A stretch of 62,871 nt of DNA from Fibrobacteria bacterium (GTDB lineage Bacteria; Fibrobacterota; Fibrobacteria; UBA11236): positions 1 through 62,871 of the forward strand of contig JAYTHY010000107.1 in NCBI GenBank assembly GCA_043732185.1, in the 5' to 3' direction. The notes under the pieces are model-generated. The model did not search any database. It was given only the letters and a program-made list of their open reading frames with translations, and was not told the DNA's origin. Made by a program: the position numbers and the translations under genes. Position 1 is the stretch's first letter. Each line of letters starts with the position of its first letter. Shown piece by piece: positions 16,518 through 26,401 of the stretch.

Positions 16518-18623
16518 ATGGCGGCACTGGCCCAATCGAAGAAAATTGGCGGTTCACTGGTTCAAAATAAGGACCTGATGATAGCGTTTGTCCTCATTGG
16601 CGTCATCGCCATGATGATCATCCCGCTTCCGCCCTTTTTGCTGGATATTTTCCTGACCCTGATGATCTCGCTTGCCATCATCATAATGCTTATCTCCCTC
16701 TATATTGAAAACGTGCTTGATTTCTCCGTTTTCCCAGGAATGCTGCTGATCATCACACTGTTTCGACTGGGTTTGAACGTAGCCACCACTCGCCTTATTT
16801 TAACTGAAGGCGAAGCCGGCAGCGTTATTCATACCTTTGGCACCTTTGTCACCAAAGGCAACATGGTGGTTGGCTCAATTATTTTCATCATCCTCGTTAT
16901 CATCCAGTTCGTTGTCATCACCAAAGGCGCCGGACGCATTGCAGAAGTGGCGGCCCGCTTCACTTTGGATGCCATGCCCGGTAAGCAAATGGCCGTCGAT
17001 GCCGATTTGAATGCCGGCATCATTTCTGAAAGCGAGGCCAAAGACCGGCGCAGAAATATCGGACGAGAAGCAGATTTCTACGGGGCCATGGACGGCGCCA
17101 GCAAATTCGTACGAGGCGACGCCGTGGCCGGCATCATTATTACCGTTATCAACATCATAGGCGGGTTTATTGTCGGCATGACCATGCTGGATATGTCCTT
17201 TCAAGATTCCCTAAAAAGGTTCACGCTTCTGACCATCGGTGATGGTCTTGTCACCCAAATGCCTGCGCTTATGATTTCCACTGCATCTGGCATCATCGTG
17301 GCGCGCGCCGCGTCCAAGCAAAACCTCGGCGACGAAGTAATGGCACAACTGACCCAGAATACCAAATCCCTTTTTACCGCCTCCGGATTCATGTGCGTAA
17401 CGGCGCTTATTCCCGGTATGCCCACCATTCCTTTTTTATTACTTGCCATAGCCGTGGGCTCATTGGGCTTGGCCGTCAAGCGAGGCAAGGCCGCCAAGAA
17501 GGTTGCCATTGCCGACCAGGAGGCTGCGCAAAAAACCGAGAAGGAAGAAACCGCCAATCCAGACAAAATCGAGTCTTATCTTCAAGTCGATCAAATGGAA
17601 TTGGAAATCGGTTATGGTCTGATTTCTCTTGTGGATGTTAATCAAGGCGGTGACCTTCTGGAACGCATCACCATGTTGCGTCGCCAATGCGCCACAGAGA
17701 TTGGTCTGATTGTTCCGCCTATTCGTATCAGAGACAACATCCAACTCAAGGCCAATCAATACGTCGTAAAAATCAAGGGCATTGAAGTGGGCCAGGGCGA
17801 ACTCATGACCGGATGCTTCCTGGCCATGGACCCTGGAGGCACAAGCCAGAAAATCCAGGGCATCCCTACGGTCGAACCTGCCTTTGGGCTCCCGGCGATT
17901 TGGATAACACATTCCCAAAAGGAAGCCGCAGATATTGCCGGTTACACCGTAGTGGAGCTGCCCGCTGTCATCGCCACCCATTTAACCGAACTCATTCGCA
18001 ATCATGCCGGTGAAATCCTTACCCGCCAGGATGTGAAAGCCTTGATTGACAATATGAAGGCTTCCAACTCCACGGTAGTCGAGGAGCTGGTTCCGGGACT
18101 TTTGGGTGTGGGCGAAATCCAAAAGGTGTTGATTAACTTGCTGAATGAAAAAATTTCCATTCGCGATATGGGATCGTTATTGGAGGCGCTGGCCAATGGT
18201 GCCAAGCTCTCTAAATCAGAGGCCTATTTGACGGAACAGTGCCGCCAATCGCTCTCGCGTCAAATCTGTAAAGTCTATAAGGACAGCACTGGCTGCATCC
18301 ACGTGATCAGTTTGGAACCTAAGCTGGAGCAATTATTGGAAGCTTCGGTTCAAAATACGGAACGTGGCCCCCGGCTAGTCATCAGGCCGGAATTGGTCGG
18401 ACGCATAGTGGGTAGGCTTTCCGCCCTAGTCGAACGCATGGTGGCCCAGAACATGCAGCCGGTGCTGCTTTGCTCACCGGGTATTCGATATCAGTTGCGC
18501 AAAATCCTGGAAGGCTCCTTCCCCAATCTAACCCTTCTCTCTTATAGCGAAATCGCGCATGGCGTCAATGTCAAAGCGACCGGAACCGTTGTACTTAATG
18601 AAAATGAAAGTGGTGCCCAATGA
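16518..18623 (+). CDS. flhA: Flagellar export apparatus protein
   Basis: RIAEVAARFTLDAMPGKQMAVDADL; FYGAMDGASKFVRGDA. Confidence 0.98.
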   Translation: MAALAQSKKIGGSLVQNKDLMIAFVLIGVIAMMIIPLPPFLLDIFLTLMISLAIIIMLISLYIENVLDFSVFPGMLLIITLFRLGLNVATTRLILTEGEAGSVIHTFGTFVTKGNMVVGSIIFIILVIIQFVVITKGAGRIAEVAARFTLDAMPGKQMAVDADLNAGIISESEAKDRRRNIGREADFYGAMDGASKFVRGDAVAGIIITVINIIGGFIVGMTMLDMSFQDSLKRFTLLTIGDGLVTQMPALMISTASGIIVARAASKQNLGDEVMAQLTQNTKSLFTASGFMCVTALIPGMPTIPFLLLAIAVGSLGLAVKRGKAAKKVAIADQEAAQKTEKEETANPDKIESYLQVDQMELEIGYGLISLVDVNQGGDLLERITMLRRQCATEIGLIVPPIRIRDNIQLKANQYVVKIKGIEVGQGELMTGCFLAMDPGGTSQKIQGIPTVEPAFGLPAIWITHSQKEAADIAGYTVVELPAVIATHLTELIRNHAGEILTRQDVKALIDNMKASNSTVVEELVPGLLGVGEIQKVLINLLNEKISIRDMGSLLEALANGAKLSKSEAYLTEQCRQSLSRQICKVYKDSTGCIHVISLEPKLEQLLEASVQNTERGPRLVIRPELVGRIVGRLSALVERMVAQNMQPVLLCSPGIRYQLRKILEGSFPNLTLLSYSEIAHGVNVKATGTVVLNENESGAQ

Positions 18624-19951
18624 AAATGAAAACCTACCAAGCTGATACCATGCAGGAAGCCCTTTCCCTGGTGAAAGACGAAATGGGTCCAGATGCAGTT
18701 ATCCTCAAATCACGCCGCGCCACCCGTAAAGTCGGCAGCAAAATGCAATCCTGCTTTGAGATTACAGCTGGGCAAGAAGAAACGCTGGCTTCCAAGACTC
18801 AAGCCACACCAGGCGTATACGATTGGAAAGGCTCCCTGCGCCGCGTAGATGAAGAGGGAAATCCAAAAAATACGCGCAGCCCATCGACTCAAGGGCCCGT
18901 GTCCTACCCGCCAAACAGTTCCGGCAGTTTGATAGAATTATTGCGTAGCGAGATACGCGAGATGAAAGACAGTGTAAACACTCCCGCTCAGGAAATGAAG
19001 GATCTAAAAGCCGAGATCAAGGCCATGATGGAATCTGCCACAGCGTTGACGGCCTCAAAAGCGGCACTATCCAAATCGCGAAACCAGCCTGAATCCATTC
19101 TAGCGCTTTCCTCCCACATTGATAACCAAAACCTTAAAGCTTCCCTTTTGGAAATGGAAATTGAACTGGAATTGGTCGACGAGCTACTGCACGCTTCAGC
19201 CCTTGCCAATCAGGGGCGCATGGCAAACCCGGCCTTTGGTGCAACCGACCGAGAAGCTCTCGAAATGGAAAACATTACAAAGTGCATGGCAGAGCGGCTG
19301 CGCGTCACGGGAGGCATCCATTTGCAGCCGGGACGACCAACCACCGTAGCCTTGGTCGGCCCTACCGGTGTGGGCAAAACCACCACCTTGGCCAAACTTG
19401 CTGCATTGGCGAAAATGCAGCAAGGCAAAAAAGTCGGAATTATTTCGGCGGATAGTTTTCGCATGGGTGCCAATGAACAACTGGAGCTCTTTGGCAGAAC
19501 GGCGAATATTCCCGTACGACCGGTTTTTTCTCCCGCAGATGTTATTCAAGCACAACGTGAATTCGCGGACCGAGATCTTATTCTGGTGGACACTGCAGGT
19601 CGCAGTCACACGCATTTGGAAATGTGGCGCGAATTACAGAGCCTATTGCGCTGCCTGCACCCGGACGAAGTGCATCTCGTATTGAGCGGTCCCACCCGAA
19701 TGCGTGAACTGCGACACCAATATGGACTCTACCGTGATTTGGGAGCAACAAGCCTTATTTTCACCAAGCTCGACGAATGCATCACCCTCGGTTGCTTGTA
19801 TAATTTGGCTCGACGTGCGGAAGCACCCCTTTCCTATCTCTGCAATGGACAAATCATTCCGGACCATATTCTTTTGGCAAAACCCAACAGCCTAGCCACT
19901 ACCATCATGGAGACGCTGAAAACCGGTCATATTGCACCCACCGGCCGGTAA
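18620..19951 (+). CDS. flhF: SRP-type GTPase
   Basis: GPTGVGKTTT, DTAGRS, TKLDE; N-terminal MGPDAVIL. Confidence 0.95.
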   Translation: MKMKTYQADTMQEALSLVKDEMGPDAVILKSRRATRKVGSKMQSCFEITAGQEETLASKTQATPGVYDWKGSLRRVDEEGNPKNTRSPSTQGPVSYPPNSSGSLIELLRSEIREMKDSVNTPAQEMKDLKAEIKAMMESATALTASKAALSKSRNQPESILALSSHIDNQNLKASLLEMEIELELVDELLHASALANQGRMANPAFGATDREALEMENITKCMAERLRVTGGIHLQPGRPTTVALVGPTGVGKTTTLAKLAALAKMQQGKKVGIISADSFRMGANEQLELFGRTANIPVRPVFSPADVIQAQREFADRDLILVDTAGRSHTHLEMWRELQSLLRCLHPDEVHLVLSGPTRMRELRHQYGLYRDLGATSLIFTKLDECITLGCLYNLARRAEAPLSYLCNGQIIPDHILLAKPNSLATTIMETLKTGHIAPTGR

Positions 19952-20113
19952 GTAGGAATGCTTAGAAATCATGAATTTTCGCAAAAATAGCCGAAAGATC
20001 ACCCCTAAAAGTAGATTCCCCCACAACCGTCTAGTAGGTATGATGACAAACCCTTGTCAAATTCCTCATTCAGGGTCAATAATTAAGCTGTACGAGAAAT
20101 TGGAGGTGCTTTA

Positions 20114-20446
20114 ATGGATGCCCTGTCGATAGCCAAAGCGATTACCAAGGCTGTCTTGGTCACTTTAGTATTGGCCGTTTTCACGTTTTCGCTTTTGCTG
20201 GCACCGGAAATAAATGGCGCTACGTTGACATTCGCACTCGTCAAAGGCTTTCTGACATGGGTGTTCGGCTGGATATTTATTCTCATTTTAATGGATACCT
20301 TGGTGAAATCCATTGCCTCTTCAGCCTTGGAAGCCAGAGCCTCAAGGGAAGACGGCGGATTTGTTTATCATTTTCTCAAACCAGATTCCATGGAAGTGGA
20401 TGATGAAGGCAACCGCGTGCTGAAACGGACGAAGGCACCGGCATGA
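20114..20446 (+). CDS. Hypothetical 2-TM protein in the flagellar cluster
   Basis: GGAGG RBS; two hydrophobic segments. Confidence 0.7.
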   Translation: MDALSIAKAITKAVLVTLVLAVFTFSLLLAPEINGATLTFALVKGFLTWVFGWIFILILMDTLVKSIASSALEARASREDGGFVYHFLKPDSMEVDDEGNRVLKRTKAPA

Positions 20447-20492
20447 TTCCATCATATAATAGCGCGTCGATGTGCGCAGATGGGATTGTCAA

Positions 20493-21263
20493 GTGGCCCT
20501 AGCGAACATGGAAGTGCTCTGGTCGGAATTCAAGGCCACCGGCAGTAAGGCTTGCAAAGATAAATTGCTGGTGGAATACGCCGGACTGGTTAAGTACATC
20601 GCCCAGCGCGTGGGTATGAATCTCCCCGCTTCCGTTGAATACGACGACCTAGTGGGTGCCGGCATCATGGGATTGATCAAAGCGGTTGAACTTTTCGAGC
20701 CGGAACGCGGATTAAAATTCGAGACTTTTGCTACCCATAAGATTCGCGGCGCCATCCTAGATGAACTTCGCGCTCTTGATTGGGTTCCCCGTTCCGTTCG
20801 TCAAAAATCCAGGCTTCTGCAAAAGACCTATGCCAAATTGGAAAACCAATTAGGCCGGATGCCCTATGACGATGAGGTGGCAAGTCATCTCAACTTATCT
20901 CCAACTGAATTTGAAGAAATGCTCAGCGACGTCGCTCCTGCCACTATCCTTTCCTTGGAAGAAGCGCTCCCCGAGCGTGGCGACGAACACAAATCCTTAA
21001 GCCTTATAGACACCATTGAAGATCCACAAGGTACGAATCCCTTGAAGGAGCTTGGATACCAAGAAGTAAAAAGGATTCTGAAAGAAACCATCGCCCAACT
21101 ACCGGAAAAAGAAAAATTAGTGGTGGCGCTCTATCATTATGAAGAATTGACATTGAAGGAAATCGGTGAAGTATTAAACCTGACAGAATCGCGAGTTTCC
21201 CAAATCCATTCCAAAGCCATGCTTAAACTCAAAGCTAAACTCATCCAAAAAATCAATGCCTAA
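20493..21263 (+). CDS. fliA: RNA polymerase sigma-28 factor
   Basis: IRGAILDELRALDWVPRSVR; LTLKEIGEVLNLTESRVSQIH; start uncertain (20472/20493/20508). Confidence 0.96.
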   Translation: MALANMEVLWSEFKATGSKACKDKLLVEYAGLVKYIAQRVGMNLPASVEYDDLVGAGIMGLIKAVELFEPERGLKFETFATHKIRGAILDELRALDWVPRSVRQKSRLLQKTYAKLENQLGRMPYDDEVASHLNLSPTEFEEMLSDVAPATILSLEEALPERGDEHKSLSLIDTIEDPQGTNPLKELGYQEVKRILKETIAQLPEKEKLVVALYHYEELTLKEIGEVLNLTESRVSQIHSKAMLKLKAKLIQKINA

Positions 21264-21323
21264 AGCCGGCATTCCCGGATCTGCTCACTCCACTCCCATG
21301 AAAATTTAGCGAATACCGGATCC

Positions 21324-22199
21324 ATGTCTCAAGATCAGACCAAACGCATCCGTCGGATCACCGACTCCATCATCTCGCTGCCGACCTTGCCAACCGTCAT
21401 CGCAAAAATGCTGGAATTGGTGGACAATCCAAAAACGTCGGCAAGCTCCCTTTCCAACTTAGTCATGCGCGATCAGGTGTTAACCGCCAAAATTTTGAAA
21501 ATGGCGAACTCGTCTTTCTATGCCTTCCCTCGTCAAATAGCCACGGTAAAGCTGGCTCTGGTGGTTTTAGGATTTGAAAACGTAAAAGAAATGGCCTTGA
21601 GTCTTTCCGTGCTCAATACTTTTAAAGGAGAGAACGGCAGACATTTTGACAGCACTCTTTTTTGGCAGCATTCCATTGCCGTAGGGGCCGCAACCCGTAT
21701 GCTCGCACGCGAAACGTGCTATCGCTTGGCGGGTGAAGCCTTTGTAGCAGGCTTGTTGCATGATATTGGCAAAGTGGTATTGAACCAATATTTGCCGACT
21801 GAGTTCGCAAAAATTCAATCCATGATTTTTGACGACGGCATTTCCACTGAAGAGGCGGAGATGACCGTATTGGGTGTCACCCATGCTGAAGTCGGCTCCT
21901 GGCTGGCCGAACGTTGGAACCTGCCTATTATTCTAGTCGAAGCTATCCGGTACCACATGCATCCTGAGCTTTGCCCTCGCGCTCCTGAACTGCCCTTACT
22001 CGTTTATCTTTCGGACTATCTGGCAACCAAGTGTAATTTGGGACAAAGCGGTTCGCGCAGTGTCGAAAAAATATCCGAGTCCGTCCTGGAAATGGCCAGG
22101 AAAAACTTGTCCCTGAGCCCGGAAACCCTGGAAGCCTTCCAATCTGGTTTGTATGCGGAATACGACAAAGCCAGCAGTTTCATGATAGAGGCAAATTGA
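21324..22199 (+). CDS. HDOD domain protein
   Basis: LPTLP; DQVLTAKILKMANS; FWQHS; GLLHDIGK; THAEVG..W.LP. Confidence 0.92.
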   Translation: MSQDQTKRIRRITDSIISLPTLPTVIAKMLELVDNPKTSASSLSNLVMRDQVLTAKILKMANSSFYAFPRQIATVKLALVVLGFENVKEMALSLSVLNTFKGENGRHFDSTLFWQHSIAVGAATRMLARETCYRLAGEAFVAGLLHDIGKVVLNQYLPTEFAKIQSMIFDDGISTEEAEMTVLGVTHAEVGSWLAERWNLPIILVEAIRYHMHPELCPRAPELPLLVYLSDYLATKCNLGQSGSRSVEKISESVLEMARKNLSLSPETLEAFQSGLYAEYDKASSFMIEAN

Positions 22200-24058
22200 C
22201 CCGCCCGGAAAAAGATTTAGCGCACCTCAAGGCCAGCCTGGCTGAAGTCCAATTGGAAAAAGATCAGTACAAATCGTCCCTGTTCGAACTTCAAAAAATC
22301 CTCGACCTATGCCGGGTCATCTCCAGCTCCCAAGATCTTAAGGATATTCTGCACCATCTCCTTTTTTTACTCAGCGAAATAATTCCGTCCCGTGGATGCG
22401 CTGTATTCGTAGGCGGAACGGGAAATAGCTCATTGGAAATATCCATCGCAAGCGCCCCCATATTAACCAGCAATTTTACTCCTGCCCTTAGGCAAATTTT
22501 GATGCAACATTTCGAAGAAGGCATAATTCGCTGGATTTTAAATGAACGTCGAGTCTGTTTGATTCCCAGCTTCGAGGAAAGCACCACTGGCCCAGGATCC
22601 CAAGGTGATTTTGCCGTTATTCCCTTAAACGACAATGACAAAAATTACGGATTTATTTGGATCGCTTGCACAATAAAACAGGAAGAGCTTACATCGGATA
22701 CATCCAAACTCATTTGGGTGCTTTCGAGCCATGCCTCTATCGCCATTTTAAATTGCCTACACCGTCAAAGCATGGAACAGCAGATCAATGAACTTAAACT
22801 TTTAAGCTCAATCAATGGCCTAAAGAGTCAAGCCTTGCACCAGGGTGGACTGGCTACCTTCCTCAAAGAATTCCATAGATTCCTCCTCCAAGAGTTGAAG
22901 CTCAATCACGGTTACTTGATCCTGGGCGATAAGGAAGTATCTGAAAATCCTGTTCCCCTTCCAGACCTGAATGAAGCGCCTTTTCTGCAACATGCCGAAC
23001 CCCGGAAACTTTTTCGTCTTGCGGATAAAGAAATGGCGCACATGGAAATCGGCGAGTATTTCCATTCTACCTACCCGCAAGTTGCCAAAGCATTCGGATG
23101 TTTTGGCTTAGCACTTTTATCCCTGTCGCCACCAGAGGGACAATCGGCCTATTTGTTTATTGTACTGAATGAAGAGGACTTGCAACGGCTCCCATTGCTC
23201 CATAATTTATTGTTGGCCGCCGCGTCCCAGGCCCGAATGATGGCTGAAAACATTGATCTGTACGACTCGCTACTCACAGCCAACCGAAACCTCACCGCCT
23301 TACAATGGCAGTTGGTAAATACCGGAAAAATGGCGGCCCTGGGCCAACTCGCAGGCGGTGTCGCCCATGAAATCAACAATCCCTTACAAATTATGCTTGG
23401 CCGCATTCAGATGATCCAATTGATGTCCCAAGAGGACAAAAGCATAGAAGACCTGTCCGTTGCAACCAGAGATAAGGTGAAGGATGAACTCAATCTGGTT
23501 ACCGAGGAGATTCTGAGAATACGGGATATCGTCCGGAATTTACTCGACTTTTCCCGCCAGGGCTCGAAAGAAACCGCCTTTACCATGGTTTCCGTCAATG
23601 ATACCGTGAAAGAAGTCGTGGCCTTATTGCACCATCAATTCATTTCCAGCCATGTGAACGTTAATTTGAATTTGGCATTGGAAAACCATTTGGTGCTGGG
23701 AAACAAAAATCAACTCAAACAGGTTTTCATGAACCTGATGATAAATGCCGTGCACGCGATGGAAAGAGAACCACGTAAACTCTCCATCGACACAAGACAA
23801 AATGGTGACAAAGTAGAGACCTTAGTCCGAGATACCGGAATGGGTATTCCCCAGGAACATTTGCAGCGGATATTCGAACCGTTTTATACCACCAAAACCA
23901 AAGGCACTGGTCTTGGCCTGTCCATCAGCTATGGCCTAATCAAGGAGCATAAAGGCAGCATTGAAGTGGAAAGCCAAGAAGGCCAAGGAACCGTTTTCAT
24001 CATTCAGCTCCCCAAATTATCACAGGAGGGGATGGGCTATAATTTGATAGTGGGATAA
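22196..24058 (+). CDS. GAF-domain sensor histidine kinase (NtrB-like)
   Basis: GVAHEINNPL H-box; QVFMNL.INA; DTGMGI; IFEPFYTTK.KGTGLGL; no TM. Confidence 0.92.
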   Translation: MTRPEKDLAHLKASLAEVQLEKDQYKSSLFELQKILDLCRVISSSQDLKDILHHLLFLLSEIIPSRGCAVFVGGTGNSSLEISIASAPILTSNFTPALRQILMQHFEEGIIRWILNERRVCLIPSFEESTTGPGSQGDFAVIPLNDNDKNYGFIWIACTIKQEELTSDTSKLIWVLSSHASIAILNCLHRQSMEQQINELKLLSSINGLKSQALHQGGLATFLKEFHRFLLQELKLNHGYLILGDKEVSENPVPLPDLNEAPFLQHAEPRKLFRLADKEMAHMEIGEYFHSTYPQVAKAFGCFGLALLSLSPPEGQSAYLFIVLNEEDLQRLPLLHNLLLAAASQARMMAENIDLYDSLLTANRNLTALQWQLVNTGKMAALGQLAGGVAHEINNPLQIMLGRIQMIQLMSQEDKSIEDLSVATRDKVKDELNLVTEEILRIRDIVRNLLDFSRQGSKETAFTMVSVNDTVKEVVALLHHQFISSHVNVNLNLALENHLVLGNKNQLKQVFMNLMINAVHAMEREPRKLSIDTRQNGDKVETLVRDTGMGIPQEHLQRIFEPFYTTKTKGTGLGLSISYGLIKEHKGSIEVESQEGQGTVFIIQLPKLSQEGMGYNLIVG

Positions 24059-24145
24059 AATGAAACAAAAACAGCCAAAACCAACGCCCTTCCAGCTATA
24101 AATAACTGGTTTCCCCTGCCAAGGATTAGGTAGAATAATCGGAGT

Positions 24146-24826
24146 ATGACATTCGTGCATGACTTGAGCGTCCTAACTGGAACGGGGGAAAGAGTTTTTT
24201 TCCTTTCTGCGGCAGTTGGTGCTTTATTTGGATGCCTGGTTGGAGGAATGGCAACACTCTTTGTGACTTACTTTTTTGCCCGAAGATTGTTCAAGTCCAA
24301 AATCCTGGACCAGGCTCGACAGGAAATCTCAATTCCACTTACCGCTTATAGGGAATGGCTGACCATGGTAGCAGGTGAATTTGCCCTTTGGAATACCGAA
24401 CTATTACCCGCCTACCTTTCTGAATCCGCGCAGGATCAATTTGAACTGAATCGTATGCGCAAATTATATGTGGACCCGCGCAACACGCTTTGGCTCGCTA
24501 AACTTGAAGAATATGACACCATGCTGGCCAAGTTTAATCCCAGTATCAAGAGCATGTGGACTCAGCAACAGGAAATCAACGATCGGTTTTCCCACGTATT
24601 CATCAACCTGGAAAAGAACCCTCCAGAAGCCGTCAAAGCAGGCAAGCGGCTGGAAACATTGGCCTTTGAACAAGGGCAACTGGTGTCTGATTTTCTTTAT
24701 CACCTCCAGTACGAATGTTTGCGGTCGGTAGCAACGTCCAGGCCCAGTATGCCGAATGTCCTCATAAAGCCTCGGATTATCCGCACCGGAATCGGAAAAA
24801 TCCGTATCATCTCGCCAAAACTTTAG
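24146..24826 (+). CDS. Hypothetical protein with N-terminal TM
   Basis: 226-aa ORF, one hydrophobic segment, closely followed by the next gene. Confidence 0.65.
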   Translation: MTFVHDLSVLTGTGERVFFLSAAVGALFGCLVGGMATLFVTYFFARRLFKSKILDQARQEISIPLTAYREWLTMVAGEFALWNTELLPAYLSESAQDQFELNRMRKLYVDPRNTLWLAKLEEYDTMLAKFNPSIKSMWTQQQEINDRFSHVFINLEKNPPEAVKAGKRLETLAFEQGQLVSDFLYHLQYECLRSVATSRPSMPNVLIKPRIIRTGIGKIRIISPKL

Positions 24827-24827
24827 G

Positions 24828-26357
24828 ATGTTAAGGCCATTCAAAAAAGAAGGGAAATGGGGCTTTTGCGACGAGCATAACCATCCCGTCATTACTCCGC
24901 AGTATGATTTGGCTTCCCGCTATGCACAAGGACTGGCAGCCGTGGCCGTGCTCGGCCCAGGGACCAAGGCCTGGGGCTACTTAAACGAAAATGGAGAAAT
25001 GGCCATCACGCCTCGGTTTGCGGAGGCGATGGATTTTTCCGAGGACTTGGCAGCTGTAAAAACCGTTGCGGGTGCAACAGAGTCCGGTCAACGAGGCCGT
25101 TGGGGTTATATCGATAAATCCGGTGAGCTAATCATTGCGTCTCAATTTGAAAAAGTAGGTGAATTTTCCGAGGGCTTGGCGGTAATGTGGATGGACGGGA
25201 AAGCTGGATTTCTCGACCGTACCGGTAAGGTTACCATCGAACCACAATACGCTCACGCCGATGGATTTCGGGAAGGATTCGCACGTATTCGTTTGGTGGA
25301 TGGTCAGTGGGCGCATGTCGATAAACAAGGCGTGGTAAAAGCATCAAAAGGCCATAACGATCTGGATTCTTTTTCCGAAGGTCTCGCAGCATATAAGTCC
25401 ACACAACTGGCGCCGTGGGGTTATCTCGATATTGAAGGCCGCATTCGGATTTCACCAAGCTTCGACAAGGCGTTCCGATTTAAAGAAGATCGCGCCCGAG
25501 TCCTAGTGGGCCGATACCCGCATGGAAAATTTGGTTTCATCGACAAAGAAGGCCAATTCATCGTCAAACCTCAATACGATGAGGCTGAGGATTATACGCA
25601 TGGAATAACCAGAGTGAAATTCATGGGTGGAGAATGGCGGCATCTGGATTCCAACGGCGTCATGCTTATCCCTGAAGGTCACAGAGACAACTTGCTGTTT
25701 TCCGAAGGACGCGCCAGGACCTTGGTAGATGGTCGCTGGGGATATGTGGATCGCTCTTACTTATTTTGCATTCCCGCCCAATTCGAAGAAGCGGGACATT
25801 TTTACCATGGGATGGCGGCTGTAAAAATTGAAACGACCGATAAACGGGTTCGCTGGGGATATATCGATCCGCAAGGAGCTTTTGCTATTCCAGCCCGATT
25901 CTTAATGGCGGGCTCATTCAATGAAGACCTTGCAGCAGTAAGGGTTCCTGCTTGGTTTGGCCTAACAACCAAATGGGGATATATTGACCGCACCGGAAGC
26001 TTTGTCATTAAACCGGCCTTTGATTTTGCCTATCCCTTTGCGGAAGGCTTTGCCCGCATCAATATGGGTGGGAAACAAAGTCGCATTGGTGGAGTAGTAG
26101 GAGGACATTGGGGGTTTATCGATAAAACAGGCAAGTATATGATCCGTCCGCAATTTGAGTATGTATCTTGGTTCGCGGAAAATCTGGCGGTTGTCCGGGT
26201 GGGAGCAAAATGGGGTTATCTCGATAACGTCGGAGTCATGGCCATCAAACCGCAATTCGACGAAGCCTACAATTTCTATAAAGGCCTCGCAAGAGTTCGC
26301 ATCGGTGAAACCTGGTTCTATGTCGATTCTAAAGGGCATAAAGCACATTTGGAATAA
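24828..26357 (+). CDS. WG-repeat (KWG Leptospira-type) protein
   Basis: Many 'WGYID..G...I.PQF..A..FSEGLA' repeats; no obvious signal peptide. Confidence 0.92.
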   Translation: MLRPFKKEGKWGFCDEHNHPVITPQYDLASRYAQGLAAVAVLGPGTKAWGYLNENGEMAITPRFAEAMDFSEDLAAVKTVAGATESGQRGRWGYIDKSGELIIASQFEKVGEFSEGLAVMWMDGKAGFLDRTGKVTIEPQYAHADGFREGFARIRLVDGQWAHVDKQGVVKASKGHNDLDSFSEGLAAYKSTQLAPWGYLDIEGRIRISPSFDKAFRFKEDRARVLVGRYPHGKFGFIDKEGQFIVKPQYDEAEDYTHGITRVKFMGGEWRHLDSNGVMLIPEGHRDNLLFSEGRARTLVDGRWGYVDRSYLFCIPAQFEEAGHFYHGMAAVKIETTDKRVRWGYIDPQGAFAIPARFLMAGSFNEDLAAVRVPAWFGLTTKWGYIDRTGSFVIKPAFDFAYPFAEGFARINMGGKQSRIGGVVGGHWGFIDKTGKYMIRPQFEYVSWFAENLAVVRVGAKWGYLDNVGVMAIKPQFDEAYNFYKGLARVRIGETWFYVDSKGHKAHLE

Positions 26358-26401
26358 ACCAGCGGCCCGGGTTTGTATGAAGGGTCACGATAAAATAAAA
26401 T

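Noticed and set aside
19960..20000. Sigma28 promoter (GCCGAAAG)
   Set aside because: No TAAA at the proper 15-bp spacing; too weak to call.
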